Positions 6,217-14,768 of a DNA stretch of 64,000 nt are shown piece after piece. The notes beneath the pieces were generated by a model. That model was given only the letters and a program-made list of their open reading frames with translations, was not told the origin of the DNA and searched no databases. Numbering within the stretch: the first letter of the stretch is position 1; the number at the start of each line of letters is the position of its first letter. The stretch covers positions 2,633-66,632 of the forward strand of contig CAZZPR010000001.1 in assembly GCA_964655655.1 (NCBI GenBank), read 5' to 3'. Source of the DNA: an uncultured Desulfobacteraceae bacterium (GTDB lineage: Bacteria > Desulfobacterota > DSM-4660 > Desulfatiglandales > B25-G16). The position numbers were made by a program, and so were the translations under genes.

Positions 6217-9200
6217 CTAAGCCAGTATATCTTTTATTTTTCCGGAAAGCTCTGCAATGTTAAAGGGCTTTTGTATAAAGCCGTTACATCCATTCTGCAG
6301 TATAATGTTTGAATGGCCGTTGAGGGAGTATCCGCTTGCAAGCAGGACCCTTGCACCGGGGTCGATTTCCTTTATCTTGTCGAAAGCCTCGGTGCCGCTC
6401 ATCTCCGGCATTATCATATCCAGAATTACCAGGTCTATACTGTTTTTTTCTTTTTGAAAAATTTCTACCCCTTCTTTTCCGCTATTGGCTACCAGCACGT
6501 TATAACCCAGTCTTTTTAACATCGCACAGCCCACCTCGGCAACCAGTTCCTCGTCGTCTACAATAAGAATAGTGCCCTCGCCCTTTTGAATGCCTTTTTC
6601 TTTCGGTCCTTTAGAGGCTTTTAAAAAAGGAGACCCAACCGCGGGCAGGTAAATATTAAAGGTGGCTCCTTTGCCTTTTTCGCTGTATACGTTTATGGTT
6701 CCCCCGTGGTTCTTAATTATTCCGTAGACAGAGGAAAGGCCCAATCCGGTGCCCCTGCCCATTTCTTTTGTAGTAAAAAACGGATCGAATATCTTCTGAA
6801 GGGTTTCCTCGTCCATTCCCTCCCCGTTGTCTGTAACGGATATCCTTACATAATTGCCCGGATTCATTCCAAGGGGATCGAGATAGTCTTTTTCAAGAAC
6901 CACGTTTGCCGTCTGAAGATACAAGTTTCCCCCTTGCTCCATAGCCTGCCAGGCATTCACAAAGAGATTCATGAGCACCTGTTCCATTTGGCCCTGATCC
7001 GCCTTAACCGGCCATAAGTTTTTCTTGTATTTCCTGTGTATTTTTATTTCCTTTTTGGCCCGGGAGAAAATATCCGAGGATCTTGTTATGATCTCGTTTA
7101 TATTAACCACCTGTTTGTTGTGCATTCCGCCCCTTGCAAAGCCCAGGAGCTGCGAGGAAAGGTTCGCCCCGGATCGAACCTGGTCTTCCACGCGCTTTAA
7201 TTTTGTATGAAGCGGGTCTTCCGGGTCTATATCCATAAGCATCAGGGAGACATAGCCCTGGATACCCATAAGCAGGTTGTTGAAGTCGTGGGCTATCCCT
7301 CCGGCCAGAGTACCTATGGACTCCATCCTCTGGGCATGCTGAAGCTGTGCTTCCAGTTTGTGTGCCTCCGTTATATCCCTGGCTGTGATTGCGAGGCCGG
7401 AGATTGTGCCGTCCTCTTCATAATAAGGGTAAAAGGCTATGTCCAGGTATCTCTTGCCCGTCGCTGCGAAATTGAACCACTCTTTATAATGGACTTCCTC
7501 CCCTGCAAGGCAGCGGTCCATCTGGTTCTTTATCTTTTCTTCAAAGACATCCTGGCCCAAAAATTCCGGGACGGTATGACCCAAAACCTCTTCCTTGGTT
7601 TTTTTATGCCAGCTAAGGTAGGCATCGTTTACTGTTATGTATGTGTAATTTTTGTCAACAAGGTAGATAAGCTCCCTTGTAGCGGAAGTTATGCGCTTAT
7701 ATCTTCTGAGTTTTTCCTCGTTATTCTTCCGGTCCGTAATGTCGATAAGGGCCACCTGGGCCGCGGGTTTTCCCCGGTATTCCACCCGGCTTGCAAAGGC
7801 CTCAACCCACCTGACGGAACCGTCCTTGCGTATCACCCGGAATTCATATCTCTGGGGCATGTCGCCGCCTTTCACCCGTGCATGGTAACGGCCCCATACC
7901 ATTTGGCGGTCTTCCGGGTGTACCAGGCCCCTTACCTTCTCCGGCGAAAGGGAAAGGAGCTCGTCTTCAGTGTATCCCAAAATCTTTGCATAAACATCGT
8001 TTACGAATACCTCGCGGTCATCCTGCAGGATATGCAGGCCCTGAAGGGAACGCTCCATGACGGAGATATACCCTTCCTCGGCGTTTTTTCTCTCCGTTAT
8101 ATCCGAAATAAAACAAAGGGCGGCTGGCCTCTCCTCCCAGGAGAACAAAACCACATTTATTTCCACCCACTTGATATTTCCCTGTTTGCCTATGATCCTA
8201 AAGGGGTAGAAACTGGGAAGCTTTTCACCCTTGAGTCTTTTCCAGTGCCGCTCTTCCACGAGTTTTCTTTCGTCCTTGTGTATGAAACTCTTTAGATCCC
8301 TGGAGGCGAGTTCTTGACGTGAATAACCGAATACCTGCTCGGCCTTGGCGTTTGCGAATTTGAATACACCGTCCTGGGCCACCAGGATGGCCTCGTTAGC
8401 GTTTTCCACAAGGGTATGGTATTTTTCCTCGCTGTTTCTAAGGGCCTTTTCGGATACTTTTTTATCCGTTATATCAAAAAATGAGGACATGACGCTGATG
8501 GGACTTCCGGTTTCATCCCTTATAACAGTGGCAAAAATATGTACATCAAAAACGGAGCCGTCTATTCTTCTTGCCCTGAGCTCTCCTATCCATTTTCCTG
8601 AGCTTAAAAGTTTCTGGAGTCTTTTCGAGGCCTCTTGGCTGGATTCCCAAAATTCAGTTACGTGCCTTCCAAGGACCCCTTTCCTGTCCTTGCAACCCCA
8701 GGAACTTAAAAAAGAGGGATTTGCATAAGTGATTATCCCGTCCAGGTCAGCAATGATAAAGCAGTTTGCCGAGGCCTCCAGTGCGGCTTCCTTTATCCGG
8801 GTTTCCTCTGTAAAATAACCGCGGTCCGTTGTGTCGCGGACCATGTTAATGGCACCCAGGATGTTTCCATGATTATCCAGAACAGGTTCCGCATTTATTT
8901 CCCAGGTTTTTCCACCGGGGGTGGTTAGAAATTTATGATCGGGTTGTCCGGTGTTTATGACATTGAGAACCGGGCATTCCTTGCAGGGCTCATTCAGGCC
9001 GTGCCATAATCTGTAACATCTGGAGCCCCGCAATTTTCCGGGGGATTTGCCCACGAAAAGGCCCGTCGCCTTGTTGGCCCACTGCACGGAAAGGTCCCTG
9101 TCCAGAAATACCACCATGTCCCTTATTGCATTGAGGATGGCCTTTTTTTCCGCCTCGGATTTGCGCAGTGCTTCATCCGCCTGGCCCATTGGGACTATCA

Positions 9201-9279
9201 CCTCTTTCAGCTTTTGCCCGCGGCTCTGGTAATCAAGGGTTTGGTCACCTTGCTGGCACTTTGTTCTGGGCTTTCTCAT
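6217..9279 (-). CDS. Multi-PAS hybrid sensor histidine kinase with a C-terminal receiver domain
   Basis: 1020 aa. Several PAS/PAC-like repeats are present (DITERK, DITDRK, DITDKK boundaries). Other motifs are the HisKA box GGIAHDFNNLL, the HATPase G-boxes DNGEGM and GTGLGLS, and a receiver with ILIVDDEE...DLVILDMIMP. Confidence 0.9.
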   Translation of the reverse strand: MRKPRTKCQQGDQTLDYQSRGQKLKEVIVPMGQADEALRKSEAEKKAILNAIRDMVVFLDRDLSVQWANKATGLFVGKSPGKLRGSRCYRLWHGLNEPCKECPVLNVINTGQPDHKFLTTPGGKTWEINAEPVLDNHGNILGAINMVRDTTDRGYFTEETRIKEAALEASANCFIIADLDGIITYANPSFLSSWGCKDRKGVLGRHVTEFWESSQEASKRLQKLLSSGKWIGELRARRIDGSVFDVHIFATVIRDETGSPISVMSSFFDITDKKVSEKALRNSEEKYHTLVENANEAILVAQDGVFKFANAKAEQVFGYSRQELASRDLKSFIHKDERKLVEERHWKRLKGEKLPSFYPFRIIGKQGNIKWVEINVVLFSWEERPAALCFISDITERKNAEEGYISVMERSLQGLHILQDDREVFVNDVYAKILGYTEDELLSLSPEKVRGLVHPEDRQMVWGRYHARVKGGDMPQRYEFRVIRKDGSVRWVEAFASRVEYRGKPAAQVALIDITDRKNNEEKLRRYKRITSATRELIYLVDKNYTYITVNDAYLSWHKKTKEEVLGHTVPEFLGQDVFEEKIKNQMDRCLAGEEVHYKEWFNFAATGKRYLDIAFYPYYEEDGTISGLAITARDITEAHKLEAQLQHAQRMESIGTLAGGIAHDFNNLLMGIQGYVSLMLMDIDPEDPLHTKLKRVEDQVRSGANLSSQLLGFARGGMHNKQVVNINEIITRSSDIFSRAKKEIKIHRKYKKNLWPVKADQGQMEQVLMNLFVNAWQAMEQGGNLYLQTANVVLEKDYLDPLGMNPGNYVRISVTDNGEGMDEETLQKIFDPFFTTKEMGRGTGLGLSSVYGIIKNHGGTINVYSEKGKGATFNIYLPAVGSPFLKASKGPKEKGIQKGEGTILIVDDEELVAEVGCAMLKRLGYNVLVANSGKEGVEIFQKEKNSIDLVILDMIMPEMSGTEAFDKIKEIDPGARVLLASGYSLNGHSNIILQNGCNGFIQKPFNIAELSGKIKDILA

Positions 9280-9704
9280 ATGGCAGGGTTTTCCTAGTAT
9301 TTTAAAAGTATAAGCAATCTATCCGGAAGATAATGTTCGAAAAGTCTTCCTTAACGATCAACGAGAAAAAATGAAAGGCTCATTGCTGACGGTCGCCTGA
9401 TTATAGATTTTAATTAAGAATAGAGATAAATTAAACTAGATAGCCGGCTGGCAGGGCCAGCGTTTCATCTATCTATAACAGTCTAATATTATATTTTTTC
9501 CATGTAAAGACTTAAGTGACATAAATTTTTACAGCCTCCGGTCTTCAGTAAATACCGCGAGTACCCGGTAGGCATTTTTTTCCTCCGGGGGGTTAAATAT
9601 TTCTCCCTTTTTAATAAGCCAGTATGAAGAATCGGTTTAGTGAACCTGTCTTTTTAAGCAGTCCACCCCTAATGCAGGGCAGCTCGGGACTGCCGGCTTA
9701 TTTT

Positions 9705-9720
9705 TGGCATCAATATTGCT
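9705..9720 (+). promoter_or_regulatory. Sigma54 (-24/-12) type promoter upstream of flgF
   Basis: TGGCATcaataTTGCT compared with the consensus TGGCAC-N5-TTGCW shows exact GG-to-GC spacing. It lies 46 nt upstream of the flgF TTG start, which is preceded by the RBS gaggtgggg. Confidence 0.6.
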
Positions 9721-9765
9721 GTTTAAATTAAGCAAAAGATGCGGATATAAAAATGAGGTGGGGAA

Positions 9766-10452
9766 TTGATAACAGGAACGCATAACTTGATAGATGCTTG
9801 TTTGATACAGACCTACAGGTTCGACAATGTATCCAATAACCTCGCCAATGTCAATACAAACGGGTTTAAAAAGGACGTTATTTCCTTTGATCAGGCCTTG
9901 AAGATGAATAACATCCCCCATGTTGATTTGACTCCCGGCCCCGTTGTTTACACTGGAAACAAGCTTGATCTTGCCCTGGAGAAAACCGGATTCTTCAAGG
10001 TTCAAACACCCATGGGCATAAGGTACACAAGGGACGGTTCCTTTGTAGTGAATGCGGAGGGCGCACTCACGACCAAACAGGGTGATTCGGTGCTGGGAAA
10101 AAACGGACGGATAAGGATAGAAGGGACCGATATCGAGGTGAATGAAAACGGGCAGGTCACCTCGGGGGACAATCCGGTGGACAGGATATCGGTGGTGGAT
10201 TTTAAAAACCGCCAGCTTTTAAAAAAAGAGGGGGCCTCATATTTTATGTACCGGGGTTCGAGAGAGGATATTGTTTCGCCCGAGGATGTTCAGGTGCGGC
10301 AGGGCTATTTGGAAAAATCCAATGTGAGCTCCGTAGAAGAGATGATAAAAATGATAGAGACCCTCAGGGTGTTTGAAGCGGGGCAAAGGGCTATCAAGTC
10401 CATGGATGAAATGAACCACAAAATGGTAAATGAAGTGGGCATAGTACAATAA
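9766..10452 (+). CDS. flgF: Flagellar basal-body rod protein FlgF
   Basis: The N-terminal rod motif is [17 protein letters not shown]. The C-terminal motif is [28 protein letters not shown]. It sits upstream of flgG. Confidence 0.88.
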   Translation: MITGTHNLIDACLIQTYRFDNVSNNLANVNTNGFKKDVISFDQALKMNNIPHVDLTPGPVVYTGNKLDLALEKTGFFKVQTPMGIRYTRDGSFVVNAEGALTTKQGDSVLGKNGRIRIEGTDIEVNENGQVTSGDNPVDRISVVDFKNRQLLKKEGASYFMYRGSREDIVSPEDVQVRQGYLEKSNVSSVEEMIKMIETLRVFEAGQRAIKSMDEMNHKMVNEVGIVQ

Positions 10453-10465
10453 GGGAGGATTAATA

Positions 10466-11248
10466 ATGTTAAGGGGATTATGGTCGGCAGCCTCCGGAAT
10501 GGTTGCTCAGAAACTGGCGATAGATGTTATTTCCAATAACCTTGCCAACGTCAATACAGTAGGCTTCAAAAAGAGCCGGTCCGATTTCCAGGATCTGATG
10601 TACCAGACTATAAGGCAGGCGGGATCTATAACCTCGGCAGGGGGGCAGATACCCACCGGAATCCATGTAGGAATGGGGACGATGCCCGTTGGTGCGCAAA
10701 AAATGTTTATTCAGGGAGATTTCAAAGAGACCAAAAACGAGCTGGATCTGGCTATAGAAGGAAAGGGCTTTTTCAGGGTCCTGAGCAACGAAGAGGAGCT
10801 TTATACCAGGTCCGGAAATTTCAAAATGGACAGCGAGGGTAACATATGCACCCCGAACGGTGACCTGCTGCAGCCGGCCATGACTGTGCCCTCGGAAACG
10901 GTTTCCATAAATATTGACAAGACCGGTACGGTTACGGTCTTTGACCCGGAGGGGACCGGCACCACACTCGGGGAGATAGAGCTGTATACGTTTCCGAACC
11001 CCGCGGGACTTTATTCCCTGGGCCACAACCTGTACCGGTCTACGGATGCCTCGGGCGAGGCGGTTACAGGAACCCCCGGTTCAGAAGGGGTGGGGACCAT
11101 TGTTCAGGGGTTTATAGAGATGTCCAATGTGGACGTGGTGGAGGAGATGGTCTCCATGATCATGACCCAAAGGGCCTATGAAGTAAACAGCAAGGCAATA
11201 CAGACAGCGGACAACATGCTCCAGATAGCAAACAACCTAAAGAGATAA
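10466..11248 (+). CDS. flgG: Flagellar distal rod protein FlgG
   Basis: 260 aa. Motifs are [29 protein letters not shown] and the C-terminal [26 protein letters not shown]. Confidence 0.93.
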   Translation: MLRGLWSAASGMVAQKLAIDVISNNLANVNTVGFKKSRSDFQDLMYQTIRQAGSITSAGGQIPTGIHVGMGTMPVGAQKMFIQGDFKETKNELDLAIEGKGFFRVLSNEEELYTRSGNFKMDSEGNICTPNGDLLQPAMTVPSETVSINIDKTGTVTVFDPEGTGTTLGEIELYTFPNPAGLYSLGHNLYRSTDASGEAVTGTPGSEGVGTIVQGFIEMSNVDVVEEMVSMIMTQRAYEVNSKAIQTADNMLQIANNLKR

Positions 11249-11252
11249 TTAA

Positions 11253-11993
11253 ATGAAAAGAACGATAAATATAATAATAACCTGCATGTTGTTATTTATC
11301 ATGCCCGCGGCTATCACATACGCCGATAACCATAGGGCCGCGAACAAGCAACACCAGGAGGTTTCTCAGGAAAAGTTTCGTGCCCTGTTTAAGGGTTACC
11401 TGTGCGAACATCTGGATAAGGAGGAACCGGAAATAATCATATCCAGGTTTAAGGTTATGGGAAACGAGCCTTTGCCCCGGGGCAAGTTAGATTTCAGGCT
11501 TTTCAAGAGAAGCCAGAGGGAACTCTCGGGTTATGTGAAGCTGACCTGCATTATCAGGGTTAACCGAATAGCGGAGAACGAGGTAAGGCTTTCAGGTTGG
11601 GCGGATGTATTCGGAAACGTGGTGTGCCCCAGCAGGGACATTGAAAGGGGCGAGGTGATAGGCAGGGAAGATGTTTATTTGGCGAGGAAGAATATTTCAC
11701 GCCTTTCCTCCGGAATAGTGACCGATGTCCGGGAGGTAACCGGGCTTATGGCGAAGCATAACCTGAGGGCGGATGTTTGCATAAAGGATTATATGCTCGA
11801 GAGGAAACCGGTGGTGGAAAGGGGAGACATGGTTACAATTTTGGCGGAATCCTCCGGACTGAGGCTGACTGTGCCGGGAAGAATACAGGAAGACGGGTAC
11901 TCCGGAGAGCGGGTAAAGGTTAGAAACACTATGAGCAAAAAGGAAATATATGCAATGGTAGTCAATGGATCCACCGTGAGGGTGGAATTTTGA
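11253..11993 (+). CDS. flgA: Flagellar P-ring assembly chaperone FlgA
   Basis: It has a signal peptide and a SAF-like C-terminal domain (RGDMVTILAESSGLRLTVPGRIQEDGYSGERVKVRN). It lies between flgG and flgH. Confidence 0.8.
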   Translation: MKRTINIIITCMLLFIMPAAITYADNHRAANKQHQEVSQEKFRALFKGYLCEHLDKEEPEIIISRFKVMGNEPLPRGKLDFRLFKRSQRELSGYVKLTCIIRVNRIAENEVRLSGWADVFGNVVCPSRDIERGEVIGREDVYLARKNISRLSSGIVTDVREVTGLMAKHNLRADVCIKDYMLERKPVVERGDMVTILAESSGLRLTVPGRIQEDGYSGERVKVRNTMSKKEIYAMVVNGSTVRVEF

Positions 11994-12003
11994 GGAAGGC
12001 GCT

Positions 12004-12717
12004 ATGATAATCAAGAGATATATCGGAATGTGTGTTGCCATATTTTTATTAACAGGCTGTGCCGCATGGCCCACAAACACCTCCCATGTGCCCGAGGTCA
12101 GGGAGATACAGGAACCTTATTACCCGGATTACCATCCCCCTGAACCGGAGGAGGGATCACTTTGGTCGGATTTAAGCGGCACTACGCTCTATAATGATAC
12201 CAAGGCAAGAAAGCCCGGGGATATCGTCACCGTCCGGATCGTGGAGGACCCTGAGGCGGAACTGAATGCAAATACAAAGGCCACTAGGTCTTCGAGCCTT
12301 TCTGCAAAATTGAAATTTTTGGGGTATATGAAAAACCTGGCCGAAAGTCATCCCAGGCTGGCACAAAACCCCGGAAAGGATGATTTGATAAAGGCCGCGC
12401 TGGAATCGGGGTTTGACGGAAAAGGCAAAAGCGACAGGGACGGGCACGTTAAGGCATATATTTCCGCGGTGGTGGTGTCGGTGCTTCCCAACGGCAACCT
12501 GTTTATAAACGGAAAGAGAGAAATAAAGGTTAACAACGAGATTCAATACATAACCATCTCGGGGATTGTGAGGCCTGAGGATATCAGCTCTTCCAACGAG
12601 ATTTCTTCCGTTTACGTGGCCAATGCAAAGATTGCCTATTCAGGTATAGGGCCGATTGCGGATAAGCAAAAACCCGGCTGGTTAGGGAGGATTCTTGATC
12701 ATGTCTGGCCCTTTTAA
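12004..12717 (+). CDS. flgH: Flagellar L-ring lipoprotein FlgH
   Basis: The lipobox is LLTGC. Conserved segments are GDIVTVRIVE and ISAVVVSVLPNGNLFINGKREIKVNNEIQYITISGIVRPEDI. Confidence 0.92.
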   Translation: MIIKRYIGMCVAIFLLTGCAAWPTNTSHVPEVREIQEPYYPDYHPPEPEEGSLWSDLSGTTLYNDTKARKPGDIVTVRIVEDPEAELNANTKATRSSSLSAKLKFLGYMKNLAESHPRLAQNPGKDDLIKAALESGFDGKGKSDRDGHVKAYISAVVVSVLPNGNLFINGKREIKVNNEIQYITISGIVRPEDISSSNEISSVYVANAKIAYSGIGPIADKQKPGWLGRILDHVWPF

Positions 12718-13867
12718 ATTTTTTATGGCCGTCCTGTTTTTATTGAACCTTGCATTCGGATCTGTGGCAACAGGTGCGAGGCTGAAGGATATCGCCTCGA
12801 TCAAAGGAATAAGGGTAAATCAGCTGTTCGGCTATGGTTTGGTTACAGGACTGAACGGCAGCGGGGATAAGGGGGGAACGAGCTTCACCATTCAGGCACT
12901 TGCGAATATGATGGAGAAGATGGGCATACACGTAAGCGAACAGGACGTAAAGGTCAGCAATGTTGCGGCCGTAATAGTCAGCGCCAAGCTTCCGCCCTTT
13001 GCCAGGGCTGGCAAGAATATTGATGTGATAGTTTCTTCAGTGGGTGATGCCAACAGCCTTCAGGGGGGGACCCTTTTATTGACGCCCTTGAAAGGTGTGG
13101 ACGGAAAGGTTTATGCACTGGCCCAGGGCCCTCTATCCATCGGAGGCTACAGCGCGGGGGGGGCCGCAGGCGGGGGCGTGACGAAGAATCACCCCACTGT
13201 GGGCCGGATTTCCGGGGGAGCCACGGTGGAAAGGGAAGTTCCTTTTTCCCTGGATAATAAGAGGGAGTTAACCGTTTTAATTGATCAGCCGGATTTCAAT
13301 ACTGCCAGCAGGGCAGCGGGCCGGATTAACTCAAGGTTCGGAAAGGGGTTTGCAAGGCCGGTGGATTCAGGGACCATAAAAATAAATATACCCCGTGAGT
13401 TCGAGAGTAATGTGGTTGAACTGCTGGCCGAGCTGGAGAATACAGAGGTTACCCCTGACACCGTTGCAAAGGTGATCGTAAACGAAAAGACCGGTACAGT
13501 GGTAATAGGAGAGAAAGTGGGTATACAAACAGTGGCGGTGGCACATGGAAATCTCAGCATCCAGATCAAGGAAAGCAAGCAGGTTTCCCAGGCCCTTCCC
13601 TTTGCACCGTCCGGTGAAGTAGGAGAGGTATCTCAGGCGGAGGATGGCACGGTAGTCGCTCCCGGAGGCGCGACCGTGGTTACCCCTGAAACCGAGGTTG
13701 CAGTGGAAGAAGAAAAAAGGAGGCTTCTTCTGGTTCCGGAGGGAAAAACAATAGGCGAACTGGTAAGGGCCCTGAACGCAATCGGGGTGTCACCCAGGGA
13801 TCTTATTACCATACTGCAGGCAATAAAGGCGGCGGGTGCCCTGCAGGCACGGCTGGAGATAATCTGA
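12695..13867 (+). CDS. flgI: Flagellar P-ring protein FlgI
   Basis: It has a signal peptide followed by RLKDIASIKGIRVNQLFGYGLVTGLNGSGD and ends with the C-terminal LQAIKAAGALQARLEII. The start is uncertain (12695, or a downstream Met). Confidence 0.92.
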   Translation: MIMSGPFKFFMAVLFLLNLAFGSVATGARLKDIASIKGIRVNQLFGYGLVTGLNGSGDKGGTSFTIQALANMMEKMGIHVSEQDVKVSNVAAVIVSAKLPPFARAGKNIDVIVSSVGDANSLQGGTLLLTPLKGVDGKVYALAQGPLSIGGYSAGGAAGGGVTKNHPTVGRISGGATVEREVPFSLDNKRELTVLIDQPDFNTASRAAGRINSRFGKGFARPVDSGTIKINIPREFESNVVELLAELENTEVTPDTVAKVIVNEKTGTVVIGEKVGIQTVAVAHGNLSIQIKESKQVSQALPFAPSGEVGEVSQAEDGTVVAPGGATVVTPETEVAVEEEKRRLLLVPEGKTIGELVRALNAIGVSPRDLITILQAIKAAGALQARLEII

Positions 13868-13892
13868 TTAACCCAGACATAGGGGAGAAGAA

Positions 13893-14174
13893 ATGATTCA
13901 GGGAGTTTCGCCGGGAAATGAAACGGCTGCTTTTAATAAAGCGCAAAATGCTGAAAGGCTAAAAAGGACATGCAGTGAATTTGAATCGATATTTTTGGGC
14001 TACATGATGAAGACCATGCGAAAGACCGTGCCAGAGGGTATACTCGGAAGGAGCAGCGAGACAAAAATATTTAACGCCATGTTTGATGAAGGCCTTTCCC
14101 TGGAGATTGCCAGGGGAGGGGGAATAGGCCTCGGAAAAATGCTTTATGAAAGGCTCGGGGAATATGCGGAATGA
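13893..14174 (+). CDS. flgJ: Rod-binding protein (FlgJ N-terminal domain only, no muramidase domain)
   Basis: 93 aa. CSEFESIFLGYMMKTMRKT and FDEGLSLEIARGGGIGL match the FlgJ rod-binding domain pattern. Confidence 0.8.
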   Translation: MIQGVSPGNETAAFNKAQNAERLKRTCSEFESIFLGYMMKTMRKTVPEGILGRSSETKIFNAMFDEGLSLEIARGGGIGLGKMLYERLGEYAE

Positions 14175-14185
14175 GATATTATGGC

Positions 14186-14212
14186 TTAATTAACTGGAGT
14201 ATTCTCCGATAA
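14186..14212 (+). promoter_or_regulatory. Sigma28 (FliA)-like promoter upstream of flgN-flgK-flgL
   Basis: The sequence is TTAA-N15-TCCGATAA, compared with the consensus TAAA-N15-GCCGATAA. It sits in the 89-nt gap between flgJ and flgN. Confidence 0.45.
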
Positions 14213-14263
14213 ATATAGGTAGAGAAAAATGTTCAGGTTCAGGTTTCAGAGGGAGGTCCATTA

Positions 14264-14767
14264 ATGGAAAAGGCTACAGTGCAGGGACTTCACGAGATGT
14301 TCAGCAAAAAGCTTAATCTTTACCGGGGACTTGCGGAAAATTTCCAAAGGGAAAGGGAGTGCTTGATTAATGTTGATATAGATAAACTTTGGGAGGTGTC
14401 CAGGGAAAAGGAGGAACTGTGTTCCAGTATAGAATCCGTTCGGCGGGATATCGCCGGTTTCGTGGAAGGCCGTGACGGGGATGAGGAAACGGAGCATTCT
14501 TCATTTGATATAAACTGTGTGATGCCCGTGATACCCGAAGAGAATCTCCCCGGTTTTCAACGGCTTAACCGGGACATTCAGAGGCTTAAGATGGAAATTG
14601 AGAGCATGCGCCAGGAGAACATAATGTTTATCGAGGATTCCCTGAGCTTCCTGGATGATATGTTGTCCGCCATTCTTAGGGAGGCGAGGGCCGATACTGT
14701 TTACAACAGTAAACGCCATATCAACCGACCGCCGGGTACAAGTGCCATTTTAAGCAGGGGGGTTTAA
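14264..14767 (+). CDS. flgN: FlgN-like flagellar export chaperone
   Basis: 167 aa, helical, immediately upstream of flgK with a 1-nt gap. This is a context-plus-pattern call. Confidence 0.6.
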   Translation: MEKATVQGLHEMFSKKLNLYRGLAENFQRERECLINVDIDKLWEVSREKEELCSSIESVRRDIAGFVEGRDGDEETEHSSFDINCVMPVIPEENLPGFQRLNRDIQRLKMEIESMRQENIMFIEDSLSFLDDMLSAILREARADTVYNSKRHINRPPGTSAILSRGV

Positions 14768-14768
14768 G

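Noticed and set aside
7207-8295. A 362-aa ORF antisense to the histidine kinase gene.
   Set aside because: It lies entirely within, and opposite to, a kinase gene with clear PAS/HisKA/HATPase/receiver motifs. Its translation is Cys/Val/Phe-rich with no motif. It is a typical shadow ORF.
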